Positions 22,873 to 34,575 of a stretch of 40,325 nucleotides of DNA are shown piece by piece. A program made the translations under genes and the position numbers. The stretch covers positions 1 through 40,325 of the forward strand of contig NW_021835792.1 of assembly GCF_006345805.1 (NCBI RefSeq), written 5' to 3'. Position 1 is the stretch's first letter. The number at the start of each line of letters is the position of its first letter. The notes under the pieces were generated by a model. The model worked only from the letters and a program-made list of their open reading frames with translations. It ran no database searches and was not told the DNA's origin. This DNA is from Octopus sinensis (taxonomy: Eukaryota).

Positions 22873-24231
22873 CTATCCATATGGTATATTTATATTCGAC
22901 ATTTTAAATTTAGCCGCGTGCCTACATAAGTTCATTAACTCACTTCTTTGATTCAAAGAATTATTGTCTTTGAATAATATGTGCATTTTTTCTAATAAGC
23001 AAAGCTTGCACTTGAAATTATATTTGTAAGCTCCATGCCTGTATGGTGCCGCCCTGTCCAGAATGCTCCATGTCACGTTGAAAGGTGGGGCTTCCTTTTC
23101 TTTTAGTTCCCAGACATATTTTGCTAGGCTGGTTTTCTTCCTATTCTCTGGGTATTTAAAAGAATTCTTATGAGAATAAAATCTTGTTTTAAATGAATTT
23201 TCTGAAGCCCCTGTGTATGTCTTGTATTCCGATGAGCCTTCCACTTGCACCTTGGCTCTATAAACTACTCCTTTCACTAGACATTTCCTTTCTAACGGAC
23301 AGGAGCTTTCGTTTTTGAAATTACATTTCTTAATGGGCTCGGCACCATGTCTAATCTCAATTAGCTTCCTATTATGTTGGCTAATGTAAGAGGCGAAATT
23401 TCTGCAACAAGAATAGCTAACCTTCAGGGTTCTTCTATTAAATATTCTGTAGAATTTATGACCCTGCTTAAAATGCTTAGAGACTAATCTCAAAAATTCC
23501 TTACCTATATTAGTCTTTACGGCCAAATTGAAAGCCGGGTTGAACCACAAAACTTTCCTGGTCCTAGTTCTTCGTGCAGCATTATTATTAGCATTAAGCT
23601 GGTTGAACTGGATCTTCTCCGAGAATCCACTATTCTTTAATGCGCTATCGTAATAAGGTGCAGCATTATGGAATGCTGCCTCGTCCGAAGAAATTGAAGA
23701 TATTCTTCTACCTACATTGCTGACTAAGTTGCTAAGGATAACTGGTGGATGGTTCGAATCTTTGCTAATATACGATAGCTTTTCATTGGGCTTACGGAAA
23801 GGTTTAAATCTATCCGATCTTACATTAAAATTTACGTCTAAAATATCTACACTATTCAGGTTAGTATCTATCGTAATCCGTAAGCCCATCCTTTGAAAGA
23901 AAGCTATAAGGTCCTTCCTAAGTCTATCTGATTCATGGCCGTTTAGATTATGCGTGGCTATAAGGCCGTCATCCCTATATAGACCTGCATCTATAAATGG
24001 GAATTCTATTTTTAGATTATGGAGAATAAAGGCTCCTATGAGCATACATAATTCAGCCCCGTCGTATGCCCCCATCGGTACATCGAAAAGAGAATCCTCA
24101 GTCTTCTTAATCCAGGTGGAATCCTCGAAAAACAGAAGCGATTTCCTCGCATGCATAATAATTTCAATTTCCGAGCTATCGATGTTGACATACTGCTTGG
24201 CGAAGTCCAATGCCCTTAGGAATTGGACTTC
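22873..24231 (-). CDS. PLE polyprotein C-terminal half: reverse transcriptase plus GIY-YIG endonuclease (5'-truncated, frame intact)
   Basis: RT motifs FDVPMGAYDGAELC and GLYRDDGL, and thumb region KVLWFNPAF...NIGKEFL. The Zn/GIY-YIG part is CPLERKC..GVVY..KTYTG.SENSFKTRFYSHKNSF...CKLCLLEK...ELMNLCRH. The frame runs without a stop up to the inversion junction at 24231. Confidence 0.88.
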   Translation of the reverse strand, partial: EVQFLRALDFAKQYVNIDSSEIEIIMHARKSLLFFEDSTWIKKTEDSLFDVPMGAYDGAELCMLIGAFILHNLKIEFPFIDAGLYRDDGLIATHNLNGHESDRLRKDLIAFFQRMGLRITIDTNLNSVDILDVNFNVRSDRFKPFRKPNEKLSYISKDSNHPPVILSNLVSNVGRRISSISSDEAAFHNAAPYYDSALKNSGFSEKIQFNQLNANNNAARRTRTRKVLWFNPAFNLAVKTNIGKEFLRLVSKHFKQGHKFYRIFNRRTLKVSYSCCRNFASYISQHNRKLIEIRHGAEPIKKCNFKNESSCPLERKCLVKGVVYRAKVQVEGSSEYKTYTGASENSFKTRFYSHKNSFKYPENRKKTSLAKYVWELKEKEAPPFNVTWSILDRAAPYRHGAYKYNFKCKLCLLEKMHILFKDNNSLNQRSELMNLCRHAAKFKMSNINIPYG

Positions 24232-25580
24232 CTTCAGAAAATCATTTAAAACAAGATTTTATTCTCATAAGAATTCTTTTAAATACCCAGAGAATAGGAA
24301 GAAAACCAGCCTAGCAAAATATGTCTGGGAACTAAAAGAAAAGGAAGCCCCACCTTTCAACGTGACATGGAGCATTCTGGACAGGGCGGCACCATACAGG
24401 CATGGAGCTTACAAATATAATTTCAAGTGCAAGCTTTGCTTATTAGAAAAAATGCACATATTATTCAAAGACAATAATTCTTTGAATCAAAGAAGTGAGT
24501 TAATGAACTTATGTAGGCACGCGGCTAATTTAAAATGTCGAATATAAATATACCATATGGATAGAGTATATATTTTGTATTTTGATTTTTGATTTTTGAT
24601 TTTGACTCTTAAGCGCTACGACGGATCTATAGCAAAGTCTTATTGTTTCTACATATATATTAGGAAAAACCTACAAACTTTGTTTTCATGTTATTGTATT
24701 GCATAGGATTACCTTGATTATTTATATTACCTTGATTATTTATAAATGACCCAAAATAGGATGTTATATTTTATTTTATATGTCTTTCGTATATATTTTA
24801 TTAATGCACCCATTTTTTTTAAAAGCAATGTTTTTTTAAAAAAAGCAATGTTGTCAAATTTAGAATGTTTATATAAGTTTGTGTATAGCAAAGCATATGT
24901 ATTTGTAAGCATGCGCATCTGTGTATGTGTAAGTGAAAGTATGCTTGTGCTTAAGCACGCATACACACGACGGTATGTATATGTATCAATTCAAACTTGT
25001 GTATGTATACTGGCCTCTATAGATGCCAATAACATCGCTACAAGTTTCCCCCCCCACCCCTCTTTCGTTCCTTTTTCTCTCTTTCCCTTTCTTTCGTTCC
25101 CCCTCCTTGCTCAGTATATGAGAATTGCTACATAGATGAATTTTAGCTTGCGTGCGAGACGGTTTGCGTGAATATATGTACACATGCTTTTATGTGTATA
25201 ATTTAGATTCATATTCATACGTCTGTATATGTATGTATGGCGTTTACGCGCATCCTTTTGTGTATGTTGATATATATATGTGGATTTTAATATAAATATG
25301 TATTGCAGTATTTATAACAGGTTTAATTTCTATGCATTAATTTGTACTGTCTTCATTAACGGCAATAGGTTTTTTCCTCGGTTTTTTCCTCGGATTTTAT
25401 AATTTTTATAATTTTTATAAGTTTTTTTATATATATATACATATATTTTTGACCTTTTTGTTTATCGCTCGAAGATTGACCGTTTTTTCTAAAGGGCCAA
25501 TCAAACAAGTCCATTTCTTTTTAAAGGTGTAGCGTTTGTAAGAGTATAGATTGAATTAATATATAAGTTCCATTCTAGCA

Positions 25581-25627
25581 AAAACTGTCTGATGAACGGC
25601 AACGAGAAACTCAGAGTAACAGATTTT
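25581..25627 (+). ncRNA. Minimal type I hammerhead ribozyme (PLE pLTR), right arm
   Basis: aaaaCTGT-CTGATGA-aCGgcaaCGa-GAA-ACTCaGAGT-A-ACAGatttt. It has stem I ctgt/acag, a palindromic stem III and a GUA triplet; predicted cleavage is after 25618. Confidence 0.8.
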
Positions 25628-25791
25628 GTTGAATTTTCTGCTGCTTAAAATAAAGCATATTACTCTACCACTGGTATTTGAGTACTCTTTTTTCCACCTT
25701 GTTTCACATTTATGTGTTTACTCCGGTATATATATATATATATATATAAGCTGATTGGGTTTTATGCCGTTATCTAAGCCTATACTAGCCA

Positions 25792-25835
25792 GGCTCCTGC
25801 AAAGAAGCCAGCGAAACTCTATGTTACGTAGAGCC
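25792..25835 (+). ncRNA. Degenerate hammerhead-like motif
   Basis: GGCTC-CTG(ca)AAGA-agccagc-GAAAC-tctatgttac-GTA-GAGCC. The 5-bp stem I is perfectly placed, but the core has a 2-nt insertion and stem II is weak. It lies about 45 bp after a (TA)n run. Confidence 0.4.
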
Positions 25836-26039
25836 GAATCAGACTGCTTTAAATAATAAATTATGTAACCCCCACTAAATGCGTTGAGTGCCCACTCACT
25901 CGTGTGTATGTATGCATATATATATATATATACATACTACTACTACTACTACTACTAATATAGGATGAATTTTTTTACAGAAAAAAATTTCATCAAAAAG
26001 TGGCAGCATATTAAAATACCTTTACGGTTAAAATTATAA

Positions 26040-26234
26040 ACAACTTATAAACAAGGGCAAAAGAAAATTATTTCTATGCCAATACGCTGATAACAGACTT
26101 TTAAATCGTCAATTTACACATATTATTATTTCTGTAGTGGGTACGTAATAATATGTGGAAATTGACGATATAAAAGTCTGTTAACAGCATATTGGCATAG
26201 AAATAATTTTCTTATGCCCTTGTTTATAAGTTGT
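26040..26234. repeat. 195-bp palindrome; 89-bp arms with a 17-nt loop
   Basis: 26040-26128 vs 26146-26234 show 5 mismatches and no gaps by manual alignment. Confidence 0.9.
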
Positions 26235-26248
26235 ATTTCTCTCTCTCT

Positions 26249-26294
<46 letters not shown>

Positions 26295-26332
26295 CACACA
26301 CACACACCACACACACATATATATATATATAT

Positions 26333-26389
<57 letters not shown>

Positions 26390-26406
26390 CATATATATAT
26401 GTACAT

Positions 26407-26455
<49 letters not shown>

Positions 26456-28002
26456 AAGAGAATGTGAAAGTGAGAATGACAGGGAGGGAGAGACAAAGAT
26501 ATAAAGTTAATTTAGAGTGCGAATATTCGCAAATGTAACATTCTGTTCGCCTGACGAAACGTCACTGACGACTTTCTGTTACGTTCTATATAATATTTTG
26601 TGATACTATATAAAATTATCAGATCTTTTCCACGGCTATTTATGTCTTCTTGCAGAGAAGACATCGTTCACAATAAAGGTACACATGTATATGAGATATG
26701 CAAGAAATTTATCATTTATTGAATAAATATAATAAGAGAATTTGACTTCTGATAAGTCGACACCCCCACACACGAAGTTAAGTTCTACATACAAAACATA
26801 TACATACGTATACACACATGTCTATGCGCATATATGAACACATACTCATACACACATATACATATATATATTAAAGCGTTGTTTATTAGTATTATTCTTT
26901 CCTTCTTTCTTCTTTTTCTGTATCGTCTGCTTCTTTTTCTTCTTGTTCTTCTGCTTTAAATTTTTCGCTGTCATCACAAAATTAATGTATTTACAAGGTT
27001 TTCGTTAATAAATTTCGAAGAAGTTTTGTAGTTTTTTAAACTTTTTATCTATTTATTTATTTATTTATTCATGTCATGCAAAAACATAGAATAAACAGAA
27101 AATTGTATGTATATTTTTGGATGCATGCCTCCTGCATAGATATATGTATGCATATATATACATATATATATATATGCATACATACATGCATGCATATATA
27201 TATATGTATATACATGTACATACATGAATATACATATATATACATACATGCATATATGTCTCGTGTGTGTTTATATATATATATATATGTATGTGTGTAT
27301 GGATGTATATATATAATATATGTTTGGTTGTATATGCGTTGTCTTGTTTATGTTCAAAGTTATTTTTAATATACAAACAAAACATGCAGCTGCAAGAAAA
27401 AAAAAACAGATTTGTGTTTTTCTTTGATGCGTTTTTTGTTTCAAAAATACATAATTGTTCAATACCGACGTCGATCGGGTATCGATACACGATTGTTCCA
27501 TTGGTTTTTTTTTTCATGTTCATATCTGTATTTTTATTTTATATCTGTCATTTTTCGTCAATTTTCTTCATCATGTTTTATCTTTAAGCATAAGACCATT
27601 TGCTTACATATTCCACAGCATATTTTGAGGATGGGGGGGAAAGGGTTGATTTTTTTCTCTTTTTTTTATTTTTGGGATAGTCTCTGAAGAAAGAAATCAT
27701 ATTTGTGATTGAATATTGGGTATCGATTTATCACCAAGTCTCACTTGAAAACTATCGCAATCATCATCTTCTTTAATAATGATATTATTTCAATCCCCGG
27801 ACTACGTCAGAGCTGGTTTGCGTATGTTGCACACTCGTAGACATATTTAAAAGATTTTTTCTATTTACTCTTCTCCTTTAAGCCACGCAGATCGATATTC
27901 AATAATTTATTTTGGTCCATTTTGTTTATTGTTATTTTTTGATTTTTCATTGTTTAATTAATTGTCTTTGTTATTTGGCCGGGTTTTGTATCATATATAC
28001 AG

Positions 28003-28041
<39 letters not shown>

Positions 28042-28413
28042 CATATATAGTTATTTATATATTCTTTCGTCACATATCCTCATATATTTATATATGTATA
28101 GACATACATTTGCATATATGTATGTATGTATATATATGCACACGCACACAAATATTTGATTTTCAAAGATTATCCGAATAACCGAACAATTTTCACTACC
28201 CGATACATATATATTGTAATGCGTTTGTCATAACATCGCCATAATTCCCAAACGCATAAAAACATACACTGTTGCAATCGCCATCTTTTCTTACAGGATA
28301 TTTCTTCATATCAATGGCGGTATTTGAAAAAAAAAAATGAATAATGTGAATATTAACGTTATTGTATTTTTTGCGTTTTGTTTTTTCTGTTCTGTTTGTG
28401 ATATATATATATG

Positions 28414-28445
<32 letters not shown>

Positions 28446-28700
28446 TATATTCATTTTTGTCTTTTTTACATGGCCATGCATTTTGAAAGATTCTATAGAA
28501 AGTCACTACTAAATGAAGGTAAGTGTATACGGAAGAGGGTGCCTGTCGGTTCTTGATTCCATTTTCCAAAAATGAAGAATGGAAGTGAAATAAGAATGGA
28601 GGAAAACAAAACGAATTTCCTTTTTCAAAGACGTCAGTTCAAAAATGTCATAACACTAGATATTTACACATAAGCGTTAGTATGTACGTACGTGTGTTTG

Positions 28701-28735
<35 letters not shown>

Positions 28736-28761
28736 TTATTTATGTGTATGTGTGTGTATGC

Positions 28762-28792
<31 letters not shown>

Positions 28793-29535
28793 ACTGTTAT
28801 GTATGTACATCTATACATACCCATATACATATATATATATATATATGTGTGTGTATATGGTCAGAGTTAAAATACAAACCAAGCAATCAAAAATAACTCA
28901 AAAAAATATGAAAAGATATCAAAAAAAATATGAAAGCACCACATTAACACATCGTAAATATTTGCAGCAGTCAATAAGTCTTTCTGTGATAATAATAATA
29001 ATAATAATAATAGTAATAATAATAATGATAATAATAATAATGATAATAATGATAATAATATTGATAGTAATAGTTTGTTTTTGTTTTGTTTTTTGTTGTT
29101 GTTATTGTTGCTGTTTGTTTTTTTAAAAATTAATATTATTCAGTAGCATCGTCTATTATGTCAAACGAAGACGTGGTCTTCAGAATCCTTTGTTAGGGGT
29201 GAATATTCCTGGCAAGAACCTTCTGTTACAAACAAAATTTCAACTGCTTCCGTTCTCGTGACCTTCCTGAAAAATGTAGCTTGATCTCGTCGTGTAAAAA
29301 CAGGTTTTGCTTTTCGATTTTTATAGTCCTTTATTTCTCTCTTTATTGTTATCATTTTTATTATTATCATACACGTATATAGTTTCTGTTTTGTACGTCT
29401 GCCAAAACACGAAACAGACGTTGTGGGTGAGACGTGTCAATTATCTCTACCTAACCGTTTGTCATAATAGTAATAATAATAATAATAATAATGATAATAA
29501 TAATAATAATAATAGATATCATTTATATTACTATG

Positions 29536-29586
<51 letters not shown>

Positions 29587-29597
29587 TCGTTTTGGTT

Positions 29598-29638
<41 letters not shown>

Positions 29639-29778
29639 TTTTTTATAGGTTCTTTTCTTTTTCAGTTTTGCATGTAGCCTTTCTGAAAATAGTTTCTTTA
29701 CTATTCAACTGCTGTCTTTTATTCATGAAGACGGGGCTGGGGTAATTTTCGTGGCATTACGGTGGGATGGAGAGAAAG

Positions 29779-29835
<57 letters not shown>

Positions 29836-29905
29836 CATATTCGCCGATCTTTTTTTTTTTTTTCATCTTTATCCACTGTGAAGATCAACGTTATGTGACA
29901 TTGTT

Positions 29906-31470
29906 CTACAAGGTCTTTCTATCATTGTCCTCTTCTTGGTAGTTGATAGAATAACGGTCACGCCGAGAGGTGGTGCTGTTTGTTCGTTCGTTAACGACAG
30001 GCATTGAATTATTACCGTCTGGACTGTACACATTCTGATAATCGACCACCTCACCGGGAGATAACTGTTGACGCTCTGATCTCGAAGGAGACCGACTGTT
30101 TTCACCTGAATCCGAATTGCAACAAACTCTGTTATTAATAAGGTCCTTTGAATTGTGAGGCAGATTTGCTTGGGGAGAAGGTTGTTGTTGTTGTTGTTGT
30201 TGTTGCGTTGGATGGTGCTGTTGTTGCTGTTGCAGATTTGGGGAAGGGGGTATTTGACCATCGACGTCGACTTCTTCGTCTTCTTCTTCTTCGACAACTC
30301 CCCCCTCCTCTTTATTTTCACCTTCTTTCCCAATTCTTTCTCCTTCTCGTTCTTGGTGATGAGGTGATTGTCGCTGTTGTTGTTGTTGTTTACGATCTTG
30401 GTATCGTTGCTCTCCTTGCTCTCCTTCCTCTTCTTCTTCTTGGGTTTCTTGCACTTCTAACTCTTCTTGCTCTTCTTGTCTTTGTTCATGTTCCTGCTCT
30501 TCTTCTTCGTCGTCGTGATGTATGTTCGGATTTGGCGTAGATGGCGCTGAGTGCGTATGGACAACGTCCAAAGGAGGCGAAACCGACCGTCTGAGCAGTA
30601 TTGGAGAGCGCGGTTGCTTTAGATGATGCTGTTGTTGTTGTTGTTGTTGTGATGCCTGATGATGGGTGTAGTGTTGCTGCGATAGTGATGACTGTGGGGA
30701 CATGGGGGAATGATGTATTGGTGATCTCGACTGTTGTTGTTGTTGCTGATGATGATGATGTTGTTGGTGAGGGGGTGGAATTAGCGATGGAGACTGTTGT
30801 GGGGAAGGTGGCAACGGCGGCGGAAGAGGCGGCAGTGAGGGAGGCGGTGGCGGCTGTTGATGATGATGCGACGATAACTTATGTTGCTGCTGCTGTTGAT
30901 GAAGATGCTGCTGCTGCTGCTGGTGATGATGATGTTGCTGCTGCTGCGTTTGAAGATTTTGCATGTGATGTTTCGACGACGTCATGTGCGCGAATTGCAG
31001 TGGCGTTACCCCAGGAGGGGGCGGAAGAGTGGGTATCGGCGGAGGGGGTGGTGGGGGAGGGTGCCGTGAAGAAAGATTCGGGCCATTGATGGTCGGCGGC
31101 GGCGGTAACACTGTTGTCGCCGATCCCAACATGGCCGACGATGAAGAAGCGGAAGAAGAAGAAGAAGAAGACGACGACGATGACGACGACGACGACGACA
31201 GCTGCTGTTGCTTATGATGATACTGCTGTTGCACTTGGTGCATCATCGCTGACGAAGGATGCCCTGGTGGCGACGGTGGTAAAGACGAATACACATTCGC
31301 CCCACCCGCGCCATTGCCGATCATGTGACTCGGACTATTAGTTCTGCTGCGACTTCCGGTACTGCTGTTGCTGTTGTTGCTGTGGTGGCTATTATGGCTG
31401 TTATGGCTGTTATTAGAGTTGACATTACCACTGTTGCTGCTGTTGTTGTTGTTGTTATTGTTACTACTAC

Positions 31471-31502
<32 letters not shown>

Positions 31503-31638
31503 TGATGATGGTGATGGTGTTGCTGTGAATGATGATGGCTTGGATTACTAGAGTTGTTCATCTGCCCACTTCCGCTACCACCACCACCGCCACCACCACC
31601 GCCAGAGCTTCCGCCACGCCCACTGCCACATGATCCAC

Positions 31639-31669
<31 letters not shown>

Positions 31670-31894
31670 ACCACCACCACCACTACCACCACTACTACCA
31701 CTACTGCTGCTACCATTACTTCCACCACCACCACCACCACCACTACCACCACTACCAGCACCACCACTACCATTGCCGCCGCATTCTCGTTGATTCTCAC
31801 GCACCAAAGCATTCTTATGCTCTGCCGCCTCAGCGTTTGAAATATTTTCCTGCTTCTTCCATTTTGTTCGCCGATTCTGGAACCAGATCTTCAC
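29906..31894 (-). CDS. Nk7: Terminal coding exon of an NKL-class homeobox transcription factor (Nk7-like): homeodomain helix 3 plus very long low-complexity C-terminal tail
   Basis: The frame begins GTG AAG ATC TGG TTC CAG AAT CGG = VKIWFQNRRTKWKKQENISNAEAAEHK directly after an AG acceptor (phase-0 intron before VKIWFQ, a common homeobox intron position). It stays open 1989 nt to TAG at 29906-29908. The post-homeodomain ENISNAEAAEHK matches my recollection of the Nk7 family extension (Drosophila NK7.1 KWKKQDNVTNNEAAEHK). The homeobox call is secure; the family assignment is from memory. Confidence 0.8.
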
Positions 31895-31924
31895 CTATTT
31901 CAAAGAAAGCAAAACCATTTAGTA
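31895..31924 (-). promoter_or_regulatory. 3' splice acceptor with pyrimidine tract and candidate branch point
   Basis: The minus strand reads TACTAAAtggttttgctttctttgaaatAG|GTGAAG. TACTAAA (31918-31924) is one mismatch from TACTAAC and lies 23-29 nt upstream of the exon start. Confidence 0.75.
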
Positions 31925-32200
31925 AACGCTAGTCAAATGGAACGAATTACATATGTTTTGTTACATAATAAAAGCAATACATTCGCTTCGTTTTACTTTA
32001 ACAGCATTTATTTTTGGTTACGTAACATAATAAACATCATTATCTCAGCTACATAACGGAATAACATTGTTAACACTTCGTTTTAGTCACGTGACACGAT
32101 AACACATTGTTATTCGTCGCATAACGGCTTGTTTTGATTGTCATAACATGATGACACAGATGTTTGGTCAGCAATAACAGTTATAATAAGGGTGAAAACT

Positions 32201-32246
<46 letters not shown>

Positions 32247-32508
32247 GTATTATTTGTAACGATGATGATTATGATGATGATGACGACAACGACGACTTCG
32301 ACGATGATGATGATTATAGTACAATAATAATAATGATTTCTTTTATCTTTTATGAAAGAACTCATTATTTTTCTTGTTGCTGTTATTTTTCTTATTATCG
32401 TTATCATCATCATCATCATCATTATTATAATATGCCGGAAAATAAAGATTATAGACAAGCATATCATGTTGTTTTGAGTGTAAAACTTCATGACATACTA
32501 TTTTGGTC

Positions 32509-32542
<34 letters not shown>

Positions 32543-33074
32543 TATTAATACTGATACTAATAAATAATAATGATGTCTTTATTAACCACAAGGGTTTAAA
32601 TTAAGTAAAACGTTATGAACAGTACAGGACAAAACTAAGAAATGTGTGCGTGTGTGTTTGCGTGTGTGTGTGCGTGAGTTGTTGTGGGGGTTTTGCATGT
32701 GAACAAGACCATAAATTTTTTTTAAATGAACACTGTGTGTACCTCAATAAGGGAGGGATAAGGTTGGAGGGTTGCTCATGGAAAAGCCCCACAAAACCAT
32801 TGGTATCCTCACTTTTGGTGTAGGCGCCTATTTTTTCCTTTGCTTTTTTTCAACTACGGGCGTTATACAAACCAAAAGACAGGAACTGGTAGCATGAATA
32901 TTAATTTCTAGCAGGGGTTTTCATTTGCATATTTCTATATCTGTGTGTGTGTGTGGGGGGGTGTAGGCCTTATGCGTGTGTGTATAGGCTTTTGGGTATC
33001 TATTAATATAAAATATAGAAAAATAGGTTCGTAATTAAGTATATAGATAGGTAGGTAGGTAGGTAGGTAGATTG

Positions 33075-34320
33075 ATATGTTTCTTTATTAGCCACACAGA
33101 GCTGCACACAGACGGGACAGCTTACAAAGTTGAGGTTTTCTTTTTAGGTAAAACGAAAAAATAAATGAAAAAAATAAAAAAATAAAATGTGGGGTAGGTT
33201 TTCGATCAAAAGGGATCGTAAAAGGGAAAGAAGAAGAAAAAAAGCAAGAAAACAAAACGATCAATAGGGATCGTGTATCACAGTGTCATGATATAAGGTT
33301 TAAAGAGGGAAGCATATAAGGTTTATCCTTGGGAAGAAAAGCCTACGGAAGAGACCACGGCAACCTCGGTCAATATTGTTACATGTTACCACATTTGTTT
33401 TCAAGTAGGTAACCCTCTGTTTTAAATTTCCGGGTTCATAGAATCATGTTCACAGGATCATTCATACGTGCCATCCTTGCTACATTCACCCATCTTTTTT
33501 TAAAACATTTGCTAGACAAAACTTGCCTCTCTACTCTCACTTTCCTTTTCAAGTGATACTTAAAGAAGTTGATGAGAGATTGACCAGAGAGGAAAGTCTT
33601 TGTCTCCAATTCTTTCAGACGCGTCCACCAGATACATTCTTTCGCCATAGCCACAAGGATGATGAAAATAGCTCTTTTTTCCCGTTTGAAGGAAGGAGGC
33701 GTGACAATATTGACCATAGACTCAGCTGATAAACCGACACGTCCCACACGTGACAGCAGTTGTTCGACATAAGCCCACAGGTCGGAAATTGTTGGACACT
33801 GCACGAGTGCGTGCAGAGCGGTTTCGTCGCTCTGACCGCATCTCGGGCAGGTCGGCCCCGTGTTTCTCGAGCCGTGTCTGTAGAGCTTATCCCGAACGGG
33901 TAGCGCTTCTCGATAGCACTGCCAGGCCAGGGATCTCTGGAAGTTGTCCATGGGTCCTGGCCCGAAAGTCGTCCCGAACAGGCGGGTCAGGTACTCCTCG
34001 TTGACGTCCAGGTTTGCCCCGAGCTCGTCGTCGTACCTCCCCTCCACTAATCCCCTATAGAATGCTTTGGTTGTGATGAAGTCACTCAAGGTCAACCCAG
34101 GACGGCAGAGTTGTTTGAGAGCAACCCGACACTCGCGGTGCCATTCGCCCTTTTTCGGCTACTTTTTGATCCACGACTGCAGTTCGGTCATGGAGACGAG
34201 TTGCGGGAAAGCGTGCCTCACAAACGGCGACCACACCTGTTCACTGTCGTCTACGTAGAGCCCGAGATGTCGCAGTGTCAGCGCGTGTCTGCGCATCATC
34301 AACCACGGCATGCCCAATGG
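33075..34320 (-). mobile_element. Tx1/L1-clade LINE 3' fragment (zf-RVT region) in the homeobox gene intron
   Basis: The ORF 33436-34095 has the zf-RVT-like RSLAWQCYREALPVRDKL..CPRCGQSDETALHALVQCP..LW. The 3' UTR carries AATAAA at 33084-33089. Flanks are (GGTA/GATA)n on the left and (GATA/GACA)n on the right. Confidence 0.85.
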
Positions 34321-34323
34321 ATG

Positions 34324-34360
<37 letters not shown>

Positions 34361-34377
34361 GCAGATAGATAGATAGA

Positions 34378-34575
34378 CGTTGAGCAGGCAGAATCGTTGC
34401 CGCGCCGCGCAAAATGCTTATCGACATTTCCCCTGTGTTTGTGTTCTGAGTTCAATATTCCACGGAGGTCGAATTTACCTTTCGTCCTTTCGATATCGAT
34501 AAAATAAGTGCTACCTGATCAATGGGTTCGATATAACCCACTTACCCGCTTTTCACGAAAATGCTAAGCTTATGC
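34378..34575 (+). mobile_element. Degenerate family C SINE
   Basis: ggcagaatcgttgccgcgccgcgcaaaatgctta..ctgagttcaatattccacggaggtcgaatttacctttcgtcctttcg. Confidence 0.7.

Larger units (their letters stand above)
21785..25655. repeat. Long near-perfect inverted repeat; arms 21785-23207 and 24232-25655 (about 1.42 kb), spacer about 1.02 kb
   Basis: Compared by eye at both ends and several internal points. The differences seen are mostly single-base homopolymer indels plus one A/T substitution near the outer end. Confidence 0.95.
21785..25726. mobile_element. Penelope-like retroelement (PLE, probably Nematis-type), 5'-truncated, with an inverted 3' copy (inverted pseudo-LTR), inserted in (TA)n
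   Basis: RT plus GIY-YIG ORF on the minus strand. 21785-23207 is the reverse complement of 24232-25655. There is a hammerhead motif near each outer end, and both termini abut (TA)n runs. The right arm continues about 70 bp beyond the left arm, to 25726. Confidence 0.9.

Noticed and set aside
22873-24231. Possible selenoprotein-type PLE (as in Naiad elements)
   Set aside because: There is no in-frame TGA in the visible ORF, and the endonuclease is C-terminal rather than N-terminal.
23954-24547. 197-aa plus-strand ORF
   Set aside because: It is a chimera of antisense PLE RT sequence and the inverted copy of the GIY-YIG C-terminus, not a separate gene.
26642-26664. 9-bp stem hairpin atgtcttct-tgcag-agaagacat
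   Set aside because: It is short enough to arise by chance and has no supporting context.
30148-31932. Several ORFs overlapping the homeobox exon in other frames or on the other strand
   Set aside because: These are by-products of triplet repeats lacking stop codons.
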